DNA from: Candidatus Neptunichlamydia sp.
GTDB lineage: Bacteria > Chlamydiota > Chlamydiia > Chlamydiales > Simkaniaceae
Length of the DNA stretch: 64,000 bases
Direction of reading: 5' to 3'
NCBI GenBank assembly: GCA_965233865.1
Contig: OZ247587.1
Span: 608,001 to 672,000 of the forward strand
Both the position numbers and the translations under genes were made by a program. The notes under the pieces were generated by a model. That model saw only the letters and a list, made by a program, of their open reading frames with translations. It had not been told where the DNA came from and ran no database searches. This document shows, piece after piece, positions 9,936 through 19,672 of this stretch. Numbering within the stretch: the first letter of the stretch is position 1; every line of letters starts with the position of its first letter.

Positions 9936-10529
9936 ATGTCCATGATCAACCAAAGTAGTCCACTTCCCCCAGCTCAGCAAACAAAAGGCACCACTCCCCA
10001 GGCTCATACAAGTCCAGGAAGTTTCTAATCAGGGAATAGAGCCAATACCACTGCCATTTTAGCTTTAATCGCTGCTATGATGGAACTCGTTAATGACAAG
10101 AATATTATGTATACATCTCAAGCAATTATTGCATCTCATCTATCTAACGAACTTTCAGCCAGCTAGATCGAGCTAGAAAAAAAGCAAATGACAGAAAAAA
10201 TTGTCGAAGGCAGCACTGAAACAGTAGGTAGGCTAGGAGCAGGGTATGCTGGGGTTCAAAATGAGCGCGAAAAAGGTAGAATGCAACCTTTAAAAGACGA
10301 TGCTGAAGGCTCACAAGAGTTTCTAAACACCCTAAAACACAATCCAGATGAATCTTTGACGGATCTGGAGAGAACAAAGTCTCCTGAAGTCAAAGAACGC
10401 CTTGAAAGTCTCATTGACAAAGTAAAATCTGGAGAACTCCAACTTAATGATGGTAAAAAATCCTCCGGCCTTTCCAAGGAAGATCAAGAGTTTGTTGACA
10501 CATTAAGCCAACCTCAATTCCCTCTATAG
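9936..10529 (+). pseudogene. Degraded putative secreted protein
   Basis: MSMINQSSPLPPAQQTKGTTPQAHTSPGSF*, then a hydrophobic helix TAILALIAAMMELV, a frameshift, and ORF 10188-10529 ending at an IS630 remnant. Confidence 0.4.
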
Positions 10530-10722
10530 ATAAAATATTTCGTTTTAGTTATACTTTTTTGAATGACGTATTCATTAGATTTTAGAAAAAAGGTACTGCT
10601 GATCCGAAGCACAGAAAATTTAAGTTTTGCTAAGACAGAAAAACGTTTTGGTGTAAGTATAAATAGCATATTTCTTTGGTCTAAGAGGCTAGAGGCAAAG
10701 CGCACTAAAAATAGACCTGCAA
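10525..10722 (+). mobile_element. IS630-family transposase 5' fragment
   Basis: MTYSLDFRKKVL...FGVSINSIFLW HTH region. Confidence 0.8.
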
Positions 10723-10724
10723 TT

Positions 10725-10919
10725 CTTGGCAATCCAAAATACAGCCTCTACAAAGCAACGAGTTTTCTCTTTGTTATTTGTGTGTATTTTGGGGTAATTA
10801 CTCAGATATTCGTAAAGTTTCGACCAGGCGTGGTCATTTATTTTATGCGGGTATAGCATATAGATCTCCTTCTTCAGGAAGTCAGCTTGCACCATTTATG
10901 GAAATTTCTCAACACAACC
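10725..10919 (-). mobile_element. IS5-family element, left-end fragment
   Basis: Near-identical to the 5' parts of 50514-51338 and 62471-63313, including the IR GGTTGTGTTGAGAAATTT. Confidence 0.9.
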
Positions 10920-11020
10920 TAACAGACCCTCCTGAAATTTTGTGGAGCATCTTGACTCAAAATTCTTAAAATTTCTACCCAGAGCCTGTTAAAAATATCC
11001 TGTACTCAGCTCTAAATTAC

Positions 11021-11050
11021 AAAAAGACCGAGTTTTACTCGGTCTTTTTT
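11021..11050 (-). terminator. Intrinsic (bidirectional-type) terminator downstream of cspA
   Basis: AAAAAGACCGAGT-TTT-ACTCGGTCTTTTTT perfect hairpin. Confidence 0.85.
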
Positions 11051-11208
11051 ATTGGAGTGGAAGTCCAAGTACTTAGCAAATCCGAAAGTTTACGAAAATG
11101 CCTGGACTCCAAATCTCTCTACTAGTTAGCGGTTAGGTGCAGATTTTAACTGAAGGTATGCCTCTGAAAAGTTATCAGGGGCATAAACCGTACATTGAAA
11201 ATTAGTTA

Positions 11209-11415
11209 CTATAAACCCTTAACATTTTTAGCTTCTGGACCCTTGCGGCCTTCTTCTTCATCATATTCAACATTTTGTCCTTCGTTTAGAGATTGTGTAT
11301 CTCCTTCAAGACTGTTGACATGAACGAATAATTCCTTCCCACCTGACTCAGGAGTAATAAAACCGAAACCTTTTTGTGAATTAAAAAACTTAACTGTACC
11401 TTTGGATTTTGTCAT
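11209..11415 (-). CDS. cspA: Cold-shock protein
   Basis: GTVKFFNSQKGFGFI and ELFVH RNP motifs; 68 aa. Confidence 0.95.
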   Translation of the reverse strand: MTKSKGTVKFFNSQKGFGFITPESGGKELFVHVNSLEGDTQSLNEGQNVEYDEEEGRKGPEAKNVKGL

Positions 11416-11776
11416 TTGGATTTCTCTTCCTTTAAAAATTTAAAAAACACCCACCAATATATTGTAAGTTTATACCAGTGGAGCCCATGTATTTGAGCAG
11501 TTCAGAGGTATTGTAGCTTATTTCGGATAAATCTAAAAGAAAAGCTCTTATAAAAATTTCACATTCTCAAAGAGAATGGTTTTATACTGTTGATGATTAG
11601 ACGATTAAGATTTATTTTTATCACTGATAAATTTCCAATTCAAAGTTCTGAGCGCATCCAACTACCTACAAATAGTCTAAAAAGAAGACAGCAACTTGGT
11701 AAAGTTGCTAAGATCGAATGCAAATATAGATAGGAAAAGGTGGGCCAAATCCTTAAAAGAAGTTTAGGGGTACACC

Positions 11777-12127
11777 CTAGGTACATTTTTTAACGAATTC
11801 TGACTTGAGCATGATTTCACCAACCCCCTTAACCTTGGCATCAATATTGTGACCGTTTACCTCTTCGACTACACGAATGTTCTTTACTTTAACCCCAACC
11901 TTAAGAACGGAAGAGGTTCCTTTGACTTTAAGGTCCTTGATGATCGTCACACTATCTCCATCTTTAAGACTATTCCTGTGTACATCTTTCACAATTAGCT
12001 CTTCTTCTGCACCTTCAGAAAGCGTATCTATTGGCCATTCATACGCACAATCTGGGCAAATATACAAACCTTCACTTTCATACGTATATCTAGAAATACA
12101 CTTAGGGCAGTAAGGCAGATCTTCCAT
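11777..12127 (-). CDS. PhnA/YjdM zinc-ribbon protein
   Basis: CPKC...[34 protein letters not shown]. Confidence 0.92.
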   Translation of the reverse strand: MEDLPYCPKCISRYTYESEGLYICPDCAYEWPIDTLSEGAEEELIVKDVHRNSLKDGDSVTIIKDLKVKGTSSVLKVGVKVKNIRVVEEVNGHNIDAKVKGVGEIMLKSEFVKKCT

Positions 12128-12467
12128 CTCGAGTCACCTATTTCTATTTGATAAATCCTATTCTATCAAGCATAAGAATAAATTCCCACAGAGGGCAAGT
12201 AAGTAAAGCGATCGTCTCCGGTTCCTTTCAAGAGTTTTGTTGGTATGATCCAAGCTCCCTGGGGTTCGCCCAAATCGACAGTAATCCTCCTCAGTAAAAC
12301 ACTATGCGATCCTGGCAACCGACTGCACCGCCTTTAAGCCAACGATAGATAGACCTCTCCCATGGATACACAGTGGCGTCTACGCCTAACTGCTTATTAT
12401 CTATTAGAGTATCTATATTCATCTCTCAAAATTATCTTTTTTCAAAGATTAAAAAGATCTCAGTGAG

Positions 12468-13220
12468 TCATGAAAGCTTAAGTGAGTGATCTTTTGGCAT
12501 TAGATTCAGCAGTTGATCGAAGCAATAGACACCTAATCTACATATTAATTGATGTTGATAAGTTATAAGTGCAATACCAATAAAAACTGGGAGAATACTG
12601 ATAGGAGAAATTTTTTTTATTACTTCTTTCCTTTTTTCTTCGGGAATAATTCTTTGCATGCCGTGGAAGTTGAAACCCATATGCACAAGAATGCTAGCTG
12701 TTAATCCTACCTTTGTTTTTGCTACGGAACATAATGGACCCAAAATAACGGCACAAAAACCGACTTGATAAGCAACCTTAGCAAACTTCCTAGAGGTTTT
12801 CCTTGTATTGAAATAATTTAAAAAATGCACAAGACCAAACGCTCCACTGCTAATTGCTGCTGTTTGTAGATTTGTTAGTGTATAATAATTAGGAAGTAGT
12901 GTGTCAGGCAAGTATTTTCTATAAATAATTTCTTCAGAAATTGGAGCTAAAATCGTCATTATGACAAGAGTGAAGAGAATCTCATCATTCCTGCTTTCAG
13001 AGATCTCTTTAGTCTCTGCTTCTGTAAGATTTAGTCCCCTGATGAATCCGCCAAAAAAACTTACCGGATACTGAGCTAAGTACCCAACAGATCCACAGGC
13101 TAGTGTTTTAGCAATCCATAAAGCATTAACTTGCTGTGAAATTTCACTTAGAGAGTGAATTCCTTGAGCAGAATATAAGCAAACAGAGTTTAACTTATAA
13201 TTAAAAATATTTGATATCAT
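12468..13220 (-). CDS. CPBP (Abi/CAAX) intramembrane metalloprotease
   Basis: EEIIYR, FGLVH and HMGFN motifs within TM helices. Confidence 0.85.
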   Translation of the reverse strand: MISNIFNYKLNSVCLYSAQGIHSLSEISQQVNALWIAKTLACGSVGYLAQYPVSFFGGFIRGLNLTEAETKEISESRNDEILFTLVIMTILAPISEEIIYRKYLPDTLLPNYYTLTNLQTAAISSGAFGLVHFLNYFNTRKTSRKFAKVAYQVGFCAVILGPLCSVAKTKVGLTASILVHMGFNFHGMQRIIPEEKRKEVIKKISPISILPVFIGIALITYQHQLICRLGVYCFDQLLNLMPKDHSLKLS

Positions 13221-13418
13221 CTTTCCCCTTCAGCGGATATAATATACATATATTATACAATTCGTTATTAAAATAAAATAATTAAAAAGATAATTTTATT
13301 ATAAAAAATATTTTATATTATTTTTTAACAATTTTTGAATACAACTATTCTATTGTTTCATCCGCCCGGCATAACTAGTTAAATTGGATTCTCGAGCCTC
13401 GTAAAGATTGGGGATTTC

Positions 13419-13576
13419 TAACCTGAGTTTTAAGTTTGTTTTTGCTTATTTTCATAAGAGATTTTGTTGAAATTTTCCCTCATTTTGACGCAATGAAGGG
13501 CCAGTTGACCCTTTTCAAACCAAAAAGATGGAAAAGATCCCTGAGAATGAGTAAAATACACTCAAAACTTAGGTTA
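13419..13576. mobile_element. MITE-like element or internally deleted IS
   Basis: Terminal inverted repeats TAACCTGAGTTTTAAGT / ACTCAAAACTTAGGTTA (15 of 17 match). The element supplies the sulP stop codon. Confidence 0.6.
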
Positions 13577-15083
13577 CTAAGACGTTGGTCTCAACCATGT
13601 CCCCTGCTCTACCTAGAATCAACTTACACTCAGAGCTGAGGTGGCGAAGGCGAAGTTTTTTACCTAGTACCATATAGTGTTCGGTAATAAATTGTATCGC
13701 TTCAATCGCCGAGTGATCAGTCACCCGCGCATGCATAAAGTCGATAATCACCTCTTTCGGATCATTTTTTATCTCAAACAAGGTTTTGAATTGGGATACA
13801 GAGCCGAAGAATAGCGGCCCATGCAGAATGTACTCTTTTTCGCCTTTGGCATTGATTTTCGTCTCGGTATAGATGTTTTTTGCAGTGCCCCATGCAAAGA
13901 CCAATGCGGCAATAGTCACCCCTACGACAACCGCAACAGCTAAATTAGTAAAAACAGTAACAAGCGTCACCAAGGCAATAATAAAAGCATCGTGCTTGGG
14001 AATTTTACGAATGAATTTAAACGTTGCCCATTCAAAGGTTGCAATCACCACCATAAACATCACACCCAGAAGAGCTGCCAAAGGGATCAGTTTAATGATT
14101 GGCCAGAGGAAAATGATAAAAACAAAAAGCGTGATCCCAGCAACAATGCCTGAAATCCTCCCGCGCCCACCGGAATTAATGTTAATCATGCTCTGCCCTA
14201 GCATCGCGCAACCACCCATTCCTTTGAAAAAACCAGAAATGATGTTTCCAAGACCCTGGGCGATACACTCTTTGTTAGCACGACCTCTGGTGTGGGTCAT
14301 TTCGTCAATAAGAGACAAGGTCATTAACGACTCAGAAAGCCCAATAATGCACAACGTTATAGCATAGGGCACGATAATTTTAAGAGCTGAGAAGCTCAGC
14401 GGAATCTGTAGCCAGGTAAATGTCGGAAATGCTGCAGAAACCTGCTCCCCACCCATCATATCATCAACCACACGCGTATCTAAATTGAAGAGATGCACCA
14501 GTGATGAAACAAGAACAATTGCAACTAGAGCAGACGGTATTTTTTTGGTGAATTTTGGGAGAAAATAGGTCACAGCCATAGCAACACCGATCAGCCCAAT
14601 CATCAAATACAGAGGATACCCTGTTAACCAAACTGTTTCACCACCACCGGTGACTTTAAACTGCTTTAGTTGCGCCAAAAAAATAACAATCGCTAAACCG
14701 TTTACAAAACCTACCATTACTGGCTTAGGGAGTATACGGATAAGTTTACCCAAACGGAATACTCCCACCAGTATCTGAAAAATGCCAGTTAACACCACAG
14801 TTGCAAATAGATACTCAACCCCATATTGGATGACTAAAGAAACAATGACTACTGCCATCGCGCCCGTTGCACCTGAGATCATTCCAGGTCGTCCACCGAA
14901 TATTGCAGTAATAATGCACATGAAAAACGCTGAAAACAACCCCACTAATGGATCAAGATGTGCCACCAGTGCAAATGCAATAGATTCAGGAATGAGAGCC
15001 AAGGCAACGGTAAGTCCAGAGAAAAAATCAATATTCCATTTACCTTCAAAAGGCATCAGAAATTTCTTAACACTTTGTATCAT
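13569..15083 (-). CDS. sulP: SulP-family anion/bicarbonate transporter with STAS domain
   Basis: ALIPESIAF, GGRPGMISGATGA, NKECIAQGLGN, GPLFFGS and DHSAIEA motifs. Confidence 0.93.
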   Translation of the reverse strand: MIQSVKKFLMPFEGKWNIDFFSGLTVALALIPESIAFALVAHLDPLVGLFSAFFMCIITAIFGGRPGMISGATGAMAVVIVSLVIQYGVEYLFATVVLTGIFQILVGVFRLGKLIRILPKPVMVGFVNGLAIVIFLAQLKQFKVTGGGETVWLTGYPLYLMIGLIGVAMAVTYFLPKFTKKIPSALVAIVLVSSLVHLFNLDTRVVDDMMGGEQVSAAFPTFTWLQIPLSFSALKIIVPYAITLCIIGLSESLMTLSLIDEMTHTRGRANKECIAQGLGNIISGFFKGMGGCAMLGQSMININSGGRGRISGIVAGITLFVFIIFLWPIIKLIPLAALLGVMFMVVIATFEWATFKFIRKIPKHDAFIIALVTLVTVFTNLAVAVVVGVTIAALVFAWGTAKNIYTETKINAKGEKEYILHGPLFFGSVSQFKTLFEIKNDPKEVIIDFMHARVTDHSAIEAIQFITEHYMVLGKKLRLRHLSSECKLILGRAGDMVETNVLVT

Positions 15084-15416
15084 TGGTGTCCAATTTATGG
15101 TTCATATATCAAGGGATTAAGCATAAGTTTTAAACAAATTTTTATCGAGAGCGCATTTTTTGCAACACTACCAAAATGACAGGAAGCATCCTCTAACTTA
15201 GATCAAAAAAATTCTTGAACTCAACCCCTCTATCCCCAAATAGATTTTGATAGAGTCAAAGAAATATCGCGCATTTTCATGAGTATTAACATAGGGTAAA
15301 CGTGAAAATTAGTTCAATGCATTCTTTTTTGAAAGACGGTCTGTATAATTTACATATCTTTTAACGGATCAAACATGATAGACTGGCAGAAGTTTAAAAA
15401 TTAAGTTGGTTAAAAA

Positions 15417-17023
15417 ATGACATTCGATAATTTAGATCTTCATCCTAAGATTCTTGAGGCGATTACTGCTGCAGGATATTCTGAACCAACAGAGGTTCAA
15501 AAAGCGGTTATCCTGTAGTTAAGGAAGGAGTTGACATCCGGGCTTCAGCGCAAACAGGAACGGGGAAAACAGCTGCCTTTTTGCTGCCTGCTATTAACCA
15601 CTTAGTAACCTCCCCCTCAAAAGGTGGCAAAGGACCTCGAGTTCTGATCCTTGTTCCAACACGTGAGCTTGCAATGCAGATTGAAACACAAGCCAAAAAA
15701 TACACAAAGTATCTCCCTCATGTCAAGGCTGTTTCTGTTGTTGGCGGAATCCCCTATCACAAGCAAGCTCCAAAACTTAAACGCTCGTTGGACATTCTTA
15801 TTGCGACACCTGGAAGACTGATTGACTTCATTCACCAAAAGAAAGTTGAGTTCCCTCGACTCGAAATGCTTATTCTTGATGAAGCCGATCGAATGCTCGA
15901 TATGGGTTTTGTAAAACCTGTAGAGGATATCGCTTCGAAAACCCCCTCTGACAGACAAACGTTAATGTTTTCTGCAACAATGCAGGGAAGTATCATCAAA
16001 TTATCGCAAAAACTCTTAAATAAGCCTAAAGAGATCGCAATTGCCTCTCAGCAAGTCACTCATAAAAATATTGAACAAAAAGTACACTTTGTTGATGACC
16101 TACACCACAAAAATCGCATTCTTGATCACATTCTGAGTCAGGATAACGTAACAAATGCGATTGTCTTTACTTCAACAAAGCGCCATGCAGGCCAGCTTGT
16201 TGATGAATTGCGCGATAAAGGATACCCTACAGGCGCCCTTCATGGAGATATGAATCAGAGACAACGCACTCGCACCATAGCACAGCTTCGAAACGGATCG
16301 ATTAATATCCTTGTTGCAACCGATGTCGCCTCTCGAGGAATCGATGTCCAAGAAATCTCTCACGTTATTAACTTCGACATTCCTGAAAATGCAGAAGATT
16401 ATGTCCACCGTATCGGCCGCACTGGACGAGCTGGAGCTAAGGGAATAGCCCTGACTCTAGTCGCTGGACGCGATGCCTATATGATGAAGCAGATTGAGAA
16501 GTTCACCGGGCAACAGGTTGAAAGTGCCGTGATCCCAGGCTTAGAGCCAGATCCAACTAAAATTTCTTCAAATGGTCCCCCACGAGGAGCGCGCAATCAC
16601 AGATCTAACCGCTCACGTTCATCTCGCGGCGGTAGTAAGCCTAGTTTTTCTCGAGGTGATAAAAAGACCGGATCATCCTGGGGCGACAAAAAGCCTAGTT
16701 CTTCCTATGGCGAGAAGCGATCAAGTTCTCCTCGTGGCGAAAAGAAAGCTAGATCATCCTGGGGCGACAAAAAGCCTAGTTCTTCCTATGGCGAGAAGCG
16801 ATCAAGTTCTCCTCGTGGCGAAAAGAAAGCTGGAGCATCTTGGGGCGACAAAAAGCCTAGTTCTTCCTATGGCGAGAAGCGATCAAGTTCCCCTCGTGGC
16901 GAAAAGAAAGCTGGAGCATCTTGGGGCGACAAAAAGCCTCGGGGCAAGGCTCATTCTTCTAGAAATGAAAATCAAGGCTTCAAACCCAGAAAAACTACAC
17001 AAAACAAGAGCCGTGGTAGATAA
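15417..17023 (+). CDS. DEAD-box RNA helicase (RhlE-like); apparent 1-bp frameshift at ~15512
   Basis: Q motif GYSEPTEVQ in the ATG-15417 frame; AQTGTGKT, PTRELA, DEAD, SAT and HRIGRTGRAG in the ORF-track frame. ATCCTGTA lacks one C relative to ATC CCT GTA (IPV). Confidence 0.9.
16671..16939 (+). repeat. 81-bp coding tandem repeat (3 full copies plus a partial) in the helicase tail
   Basis: TGGGGCGACAAAAAGCC at 16679, 16760, 16841 and 16922. Unit encodes SSWGDKKPSSSYGEKRSSSPRGEKKAR/G. Confidence 0.95.
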
Positions 17024-17046
17024 TAACCTCTAATAAAAGTTTGGTA

Positions 17047-17685
17047 TTACTGGAATTTTAGGGTGCGGTAAGCATCGTCGATCTGATCAAGAGAGGCGAT
17101 GCAGCAGCTAAGATCCTTAAGAAGTCCTGTCGAAATGTCATAGACCCATCCATGAATGGTGAGCGTTCTACCTTTAGCCCAGACGTTTTGAACAATCGTG
17201 GTATGACAAACATTCATCACCTGCGTCAAAACATTCAGCTCCACAAGGCGTTTATACCTTTCCTCTTTATCTTGAATTTGATCAAAAACCTCTTTCTCGC
17301 GGAAATAGACATCGCGAATATTGCGAAGCCAATTATCAACGAGCCCAAACTGAGCATTTTCCATAGCAGCAGCAACGCCCCCACATCCATAATGCCCGCA
17401 AACAATGACATGCTCAATCCCGAGATTTTCCACTCCATATTCTAAAACAGAGAGGCAGTTGACATCGGTATGGGGAACAATATTTGCCACATTGCGATGA
17501 ACAAAGACTTCTCCAGCCTCTAATCCTATCATTTCATTTGCAGGAATCCGGCTGTCAGAACAACCAATCCAAAGGTACTTTGGAGCTTGTCCCTCTACAT
17601 GCCGTTTAAAAAAATCGGAATCCTCTTCCCTCTTTCCTTCAGACCATGTGCGATTATTCTCAAATAATTGTTCTAGCTCTCTCAT
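17047..17685 (-). CDS. can: Beta-class carbonic anhydrase
   Basis: WIGCSDSR, FVHRNVAN, VCGHYGCGG. Confidence 0.96.
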   Translation of the reverse strand: MRELEQLFENNRTWSEGKREEDSDFFKRHVEGQAPKYLWIGCSDSRIPANEMIGLEAGEVFVHRNVANIVPHTDVNCLSVLEYGVENLGIEHVIVCGHYGCGGVAAAMENAQFGLVDNWLRNIRDVYFREKEVFDQIQDKEERYKRLVELNVLTQVMNVCHTTIVQNVWAKGRTLTIHGWVYDISTGLLKDLSCCIASLDQIDDAYRTLKFQ

Positions 17686-17873
17686 GGTGCTATTGTAGGT
17701 TCTTACCCTGATTTATTTCTATAATCTTTATTAATTTACAGATATTTTCCTATATTAATCTTCAGTCACTTACATTCTTACAACTCTGCTTTTTCGCTCC
17801 TAATTACAGCTATTTTCTACGAAAAATTTTATGCATCTCAATTTTGGCTATTCTTGTAGAGTAGGATTGGTCT

Positions 17874-18752
17874 TTAAGAAACCGTCGTAAAGGGAAGCGC
17901 TACAGAAAGAGTCGTCACAACAACGAGGGAAAAGATAAACATTTTTCGGGCCCAGCGTGCATCATTTTTAGCAGAAAAGCCTTTGAGGGCAAAAATAAGC
18001 CAAGAAATGCTAACGAGCGCCATAATCATCATGAAGGTCAGCGTGGTATAGCCACAAAGAGTTAAAAGAGCCGTTGCCATAATGAATGCGAGAAGATACA
18101 CAGTCATATGAACCTTTGTCTTGTGCATTCCTTTAACGCGGGGGAAAACAGGAATTGAGGCTTTGCTATAGTCGCTGAGGCGATAGATAGCGATAGCAAA
18201 AAAATGAGGCATTTGCCACATGGCAATAATAGCAAATAGGATAAATGCACCAAGATCAATGGTATGCGCCGCGGCGGTATAGCCCACAACTGGAGGAATA
18301 GCGCCCGCAATACTTCCGATAAGAGTACCATAGGTCGTCTGGTACTTCGACAGTGAGTAGACAATCACGTAGAAGAAAAAACCTGTTAAAGCAACGCAGG
18401 TTGTCAATGGGTTTGTTCCTAAGGCAAGAGTCAATGTGCCTAAAAGACCAAGCCCTGTTCCGAAAAAGAGAGCTTTTCGATGGGGAATGATTCCACGAGC
18501 TAAGGCGCGATACTTTGTCCGATTCATTTTTGCATCGTGATTGCGATCGATATAGTTATTGAAAACACAAGCAGACGCAATGATTAGTCCAAGTCCTAGA
18601 ACCATAGATAGAAAAAGTCCTAAATCAAATTGTCCCCTTGCTGCTAAAGCATACCCTCCAGCAGTCGTCAATATATTCCCCAAGATAATCCCGGGTTTCG
18701 TCAGGAGAAGATAATGTTTTAGCGTTAGAGGCTTTCTTAGTGTATTTTCCAT
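17874..18752 (-). CDS. cyoE: Protoheme IX farnesyltransferase
   Basis: LTKPGII, NNYIDRNHDAKMNRTKYR, WQMPHF; last gene of the cyo operon. Confidence 0.95.
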   Translation of the reverse strand: MENTLRKPLTLKHYLLLTKPGIILGNILTTAGGYALAARGQFDLGLFLSMVLGLGLIIASACVFNNYIDRNHDAKMNRTKYRALARGIIPHRKALFFGTGLGLLGTLTLALGTNPLTTCVALTGFFFYVIVYSLSKYQTTYGTLIGSIAGAIPPVVGYTAAAHTIDLGAFILFAIIAMWQMPHFFAIAIYRLSDYSKASIPVFPRVKGMHKTKVHMTVYLLAFIMATALLTLCGYTTLTFMMIMALVSISWLIFALKGFSAKNDARWARKMFIFSLVVVTTLSVALPFTTVS

Positions 18753-19082
18753 CTAATGCCCCATATGAAGCATGACATTGTAGTTTAAGTTGCTCATGAT
18801 CCAAAGCGTCCCTAAAATGATGCATATGATCAGTACAACTCCAAATACAAATATCCAGAGATTCCAGTGTGGCTTTTCTTCTAAGCCTAAATGGAGGAAA
18901 AAAATCAACTGAATCACAGCTAAAACGCACCCAATCGAAATGATCGATGACATGAGTAGCCCATGCGTTAGGTGATAGTGATCCACAATCCGATAAGCAG
19001 CCAGCACTAATACAAGAGAGATGATAAACCCAATCCATATAGGTTTAAAACTTATATTCCATCCATGATGTTGATCTATCAT
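18753..19082 (-). CDS. cyoD: Cytochrome bo3 oxidase subunit IV
   Basis: IGFIISLVL...QLIFFLHL...GTLWIMSNLNYN. Start at MIDQHHG overlaps the cyoC stop. Confidence 0.92.
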   Translation of the reverse strand: MIDQHHGWNISFKPIWIGFIISLVLVLAAYRIVDHYHLTHGLLMSSIISIGCVLAVIQLIFFLHLGLEEKPHWNLWIFVFGVVLIICIILGTLWIMSNLNYNVMLHMGH

Positions 19083-19672
19083 ATGATTCCCACTAGGTAA
19101 ACAATTGTATAAATAAAGACCCAAACAATATTGAGAAACTGCCAAAACATTTTAAGGCACGTTAAGCGTCGAACACAGCGTCCTGACACTCCAGAGCGAA
19201 AGACTGGTATAAGAAGAATAATCACCCAAAAAAGTGCAATGACTAAGTGGAGAAGAAACATTCCCACAAGAGTGAAAAATGCTGATGCAAAACCACTTTT
19301 TTCCCAGCCACTTCCAGCAGATATAAGATGGGAGAACTCATGAAGCTCCATTCCAAAAAAGATCAGCCCTAAAAAAAACGTGATAAGGAAAAAGGTAATC
19401 GCTCCCCCTTTCTTCCTTCTGTGAGTGTAACCCCCCCCAACTCCAACTGTAAAAGTACTAATGAGGAGTATAAATGTCTGGATGGTCGTATAGTCTAAAT
19501 TGAAGAGTTGTTTTTGGGTTGGGCCTCCAAAGTGATTTGAACCAAGCACAGCATAGGTCGCAAAAATAGCGGCAAACAGCATGAAATCAGTTAGCAGGTA
19601 AAGCCAAAAACCAAAAACTGTTTTGGAGTAAATATCGTGATAAGCATCAGGGCTAACCTCGTGCGTATTCAT
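19079..19672 (-). CDS. cyoC: Cytochrome bo3 oxidase subunit III
   Basis: FGFWLYLLTD, SAFFTLVG, FWQFLNIVW. Confidence 0.94.
   Translation of the reverse strand: MNTHEVSPDAYHDIYSKTVFGFWLYLLTDFMLFAAIFATYAVLGSNHFGGPTQKQLFNLDYTTIQTFILLISTFTVGVGGGYTHRRKKGGAITFFLITFFLGLIFFGMELHEFSHLISAGSGWEKSGFASAFFTLVGMFLLHLVIALFWVIILLIPVFRSGVSGRCVRRLTCLKMFWQFLNIVWVFIYTIVYLVGII

Noticed and set aside
16671..16939. Regularly spaced repeats resembling a CRISPR array
   Set aside because: The units are contiguous near-identical 81-mers with no unique spacers, lie in frame within the helicase, and no cas genes are present.
16572..17033. 153-aa alternative-frame ORF with repeats
   Set aside because: It is an off-frame reading of the helicase tandem repeat with no independent support.
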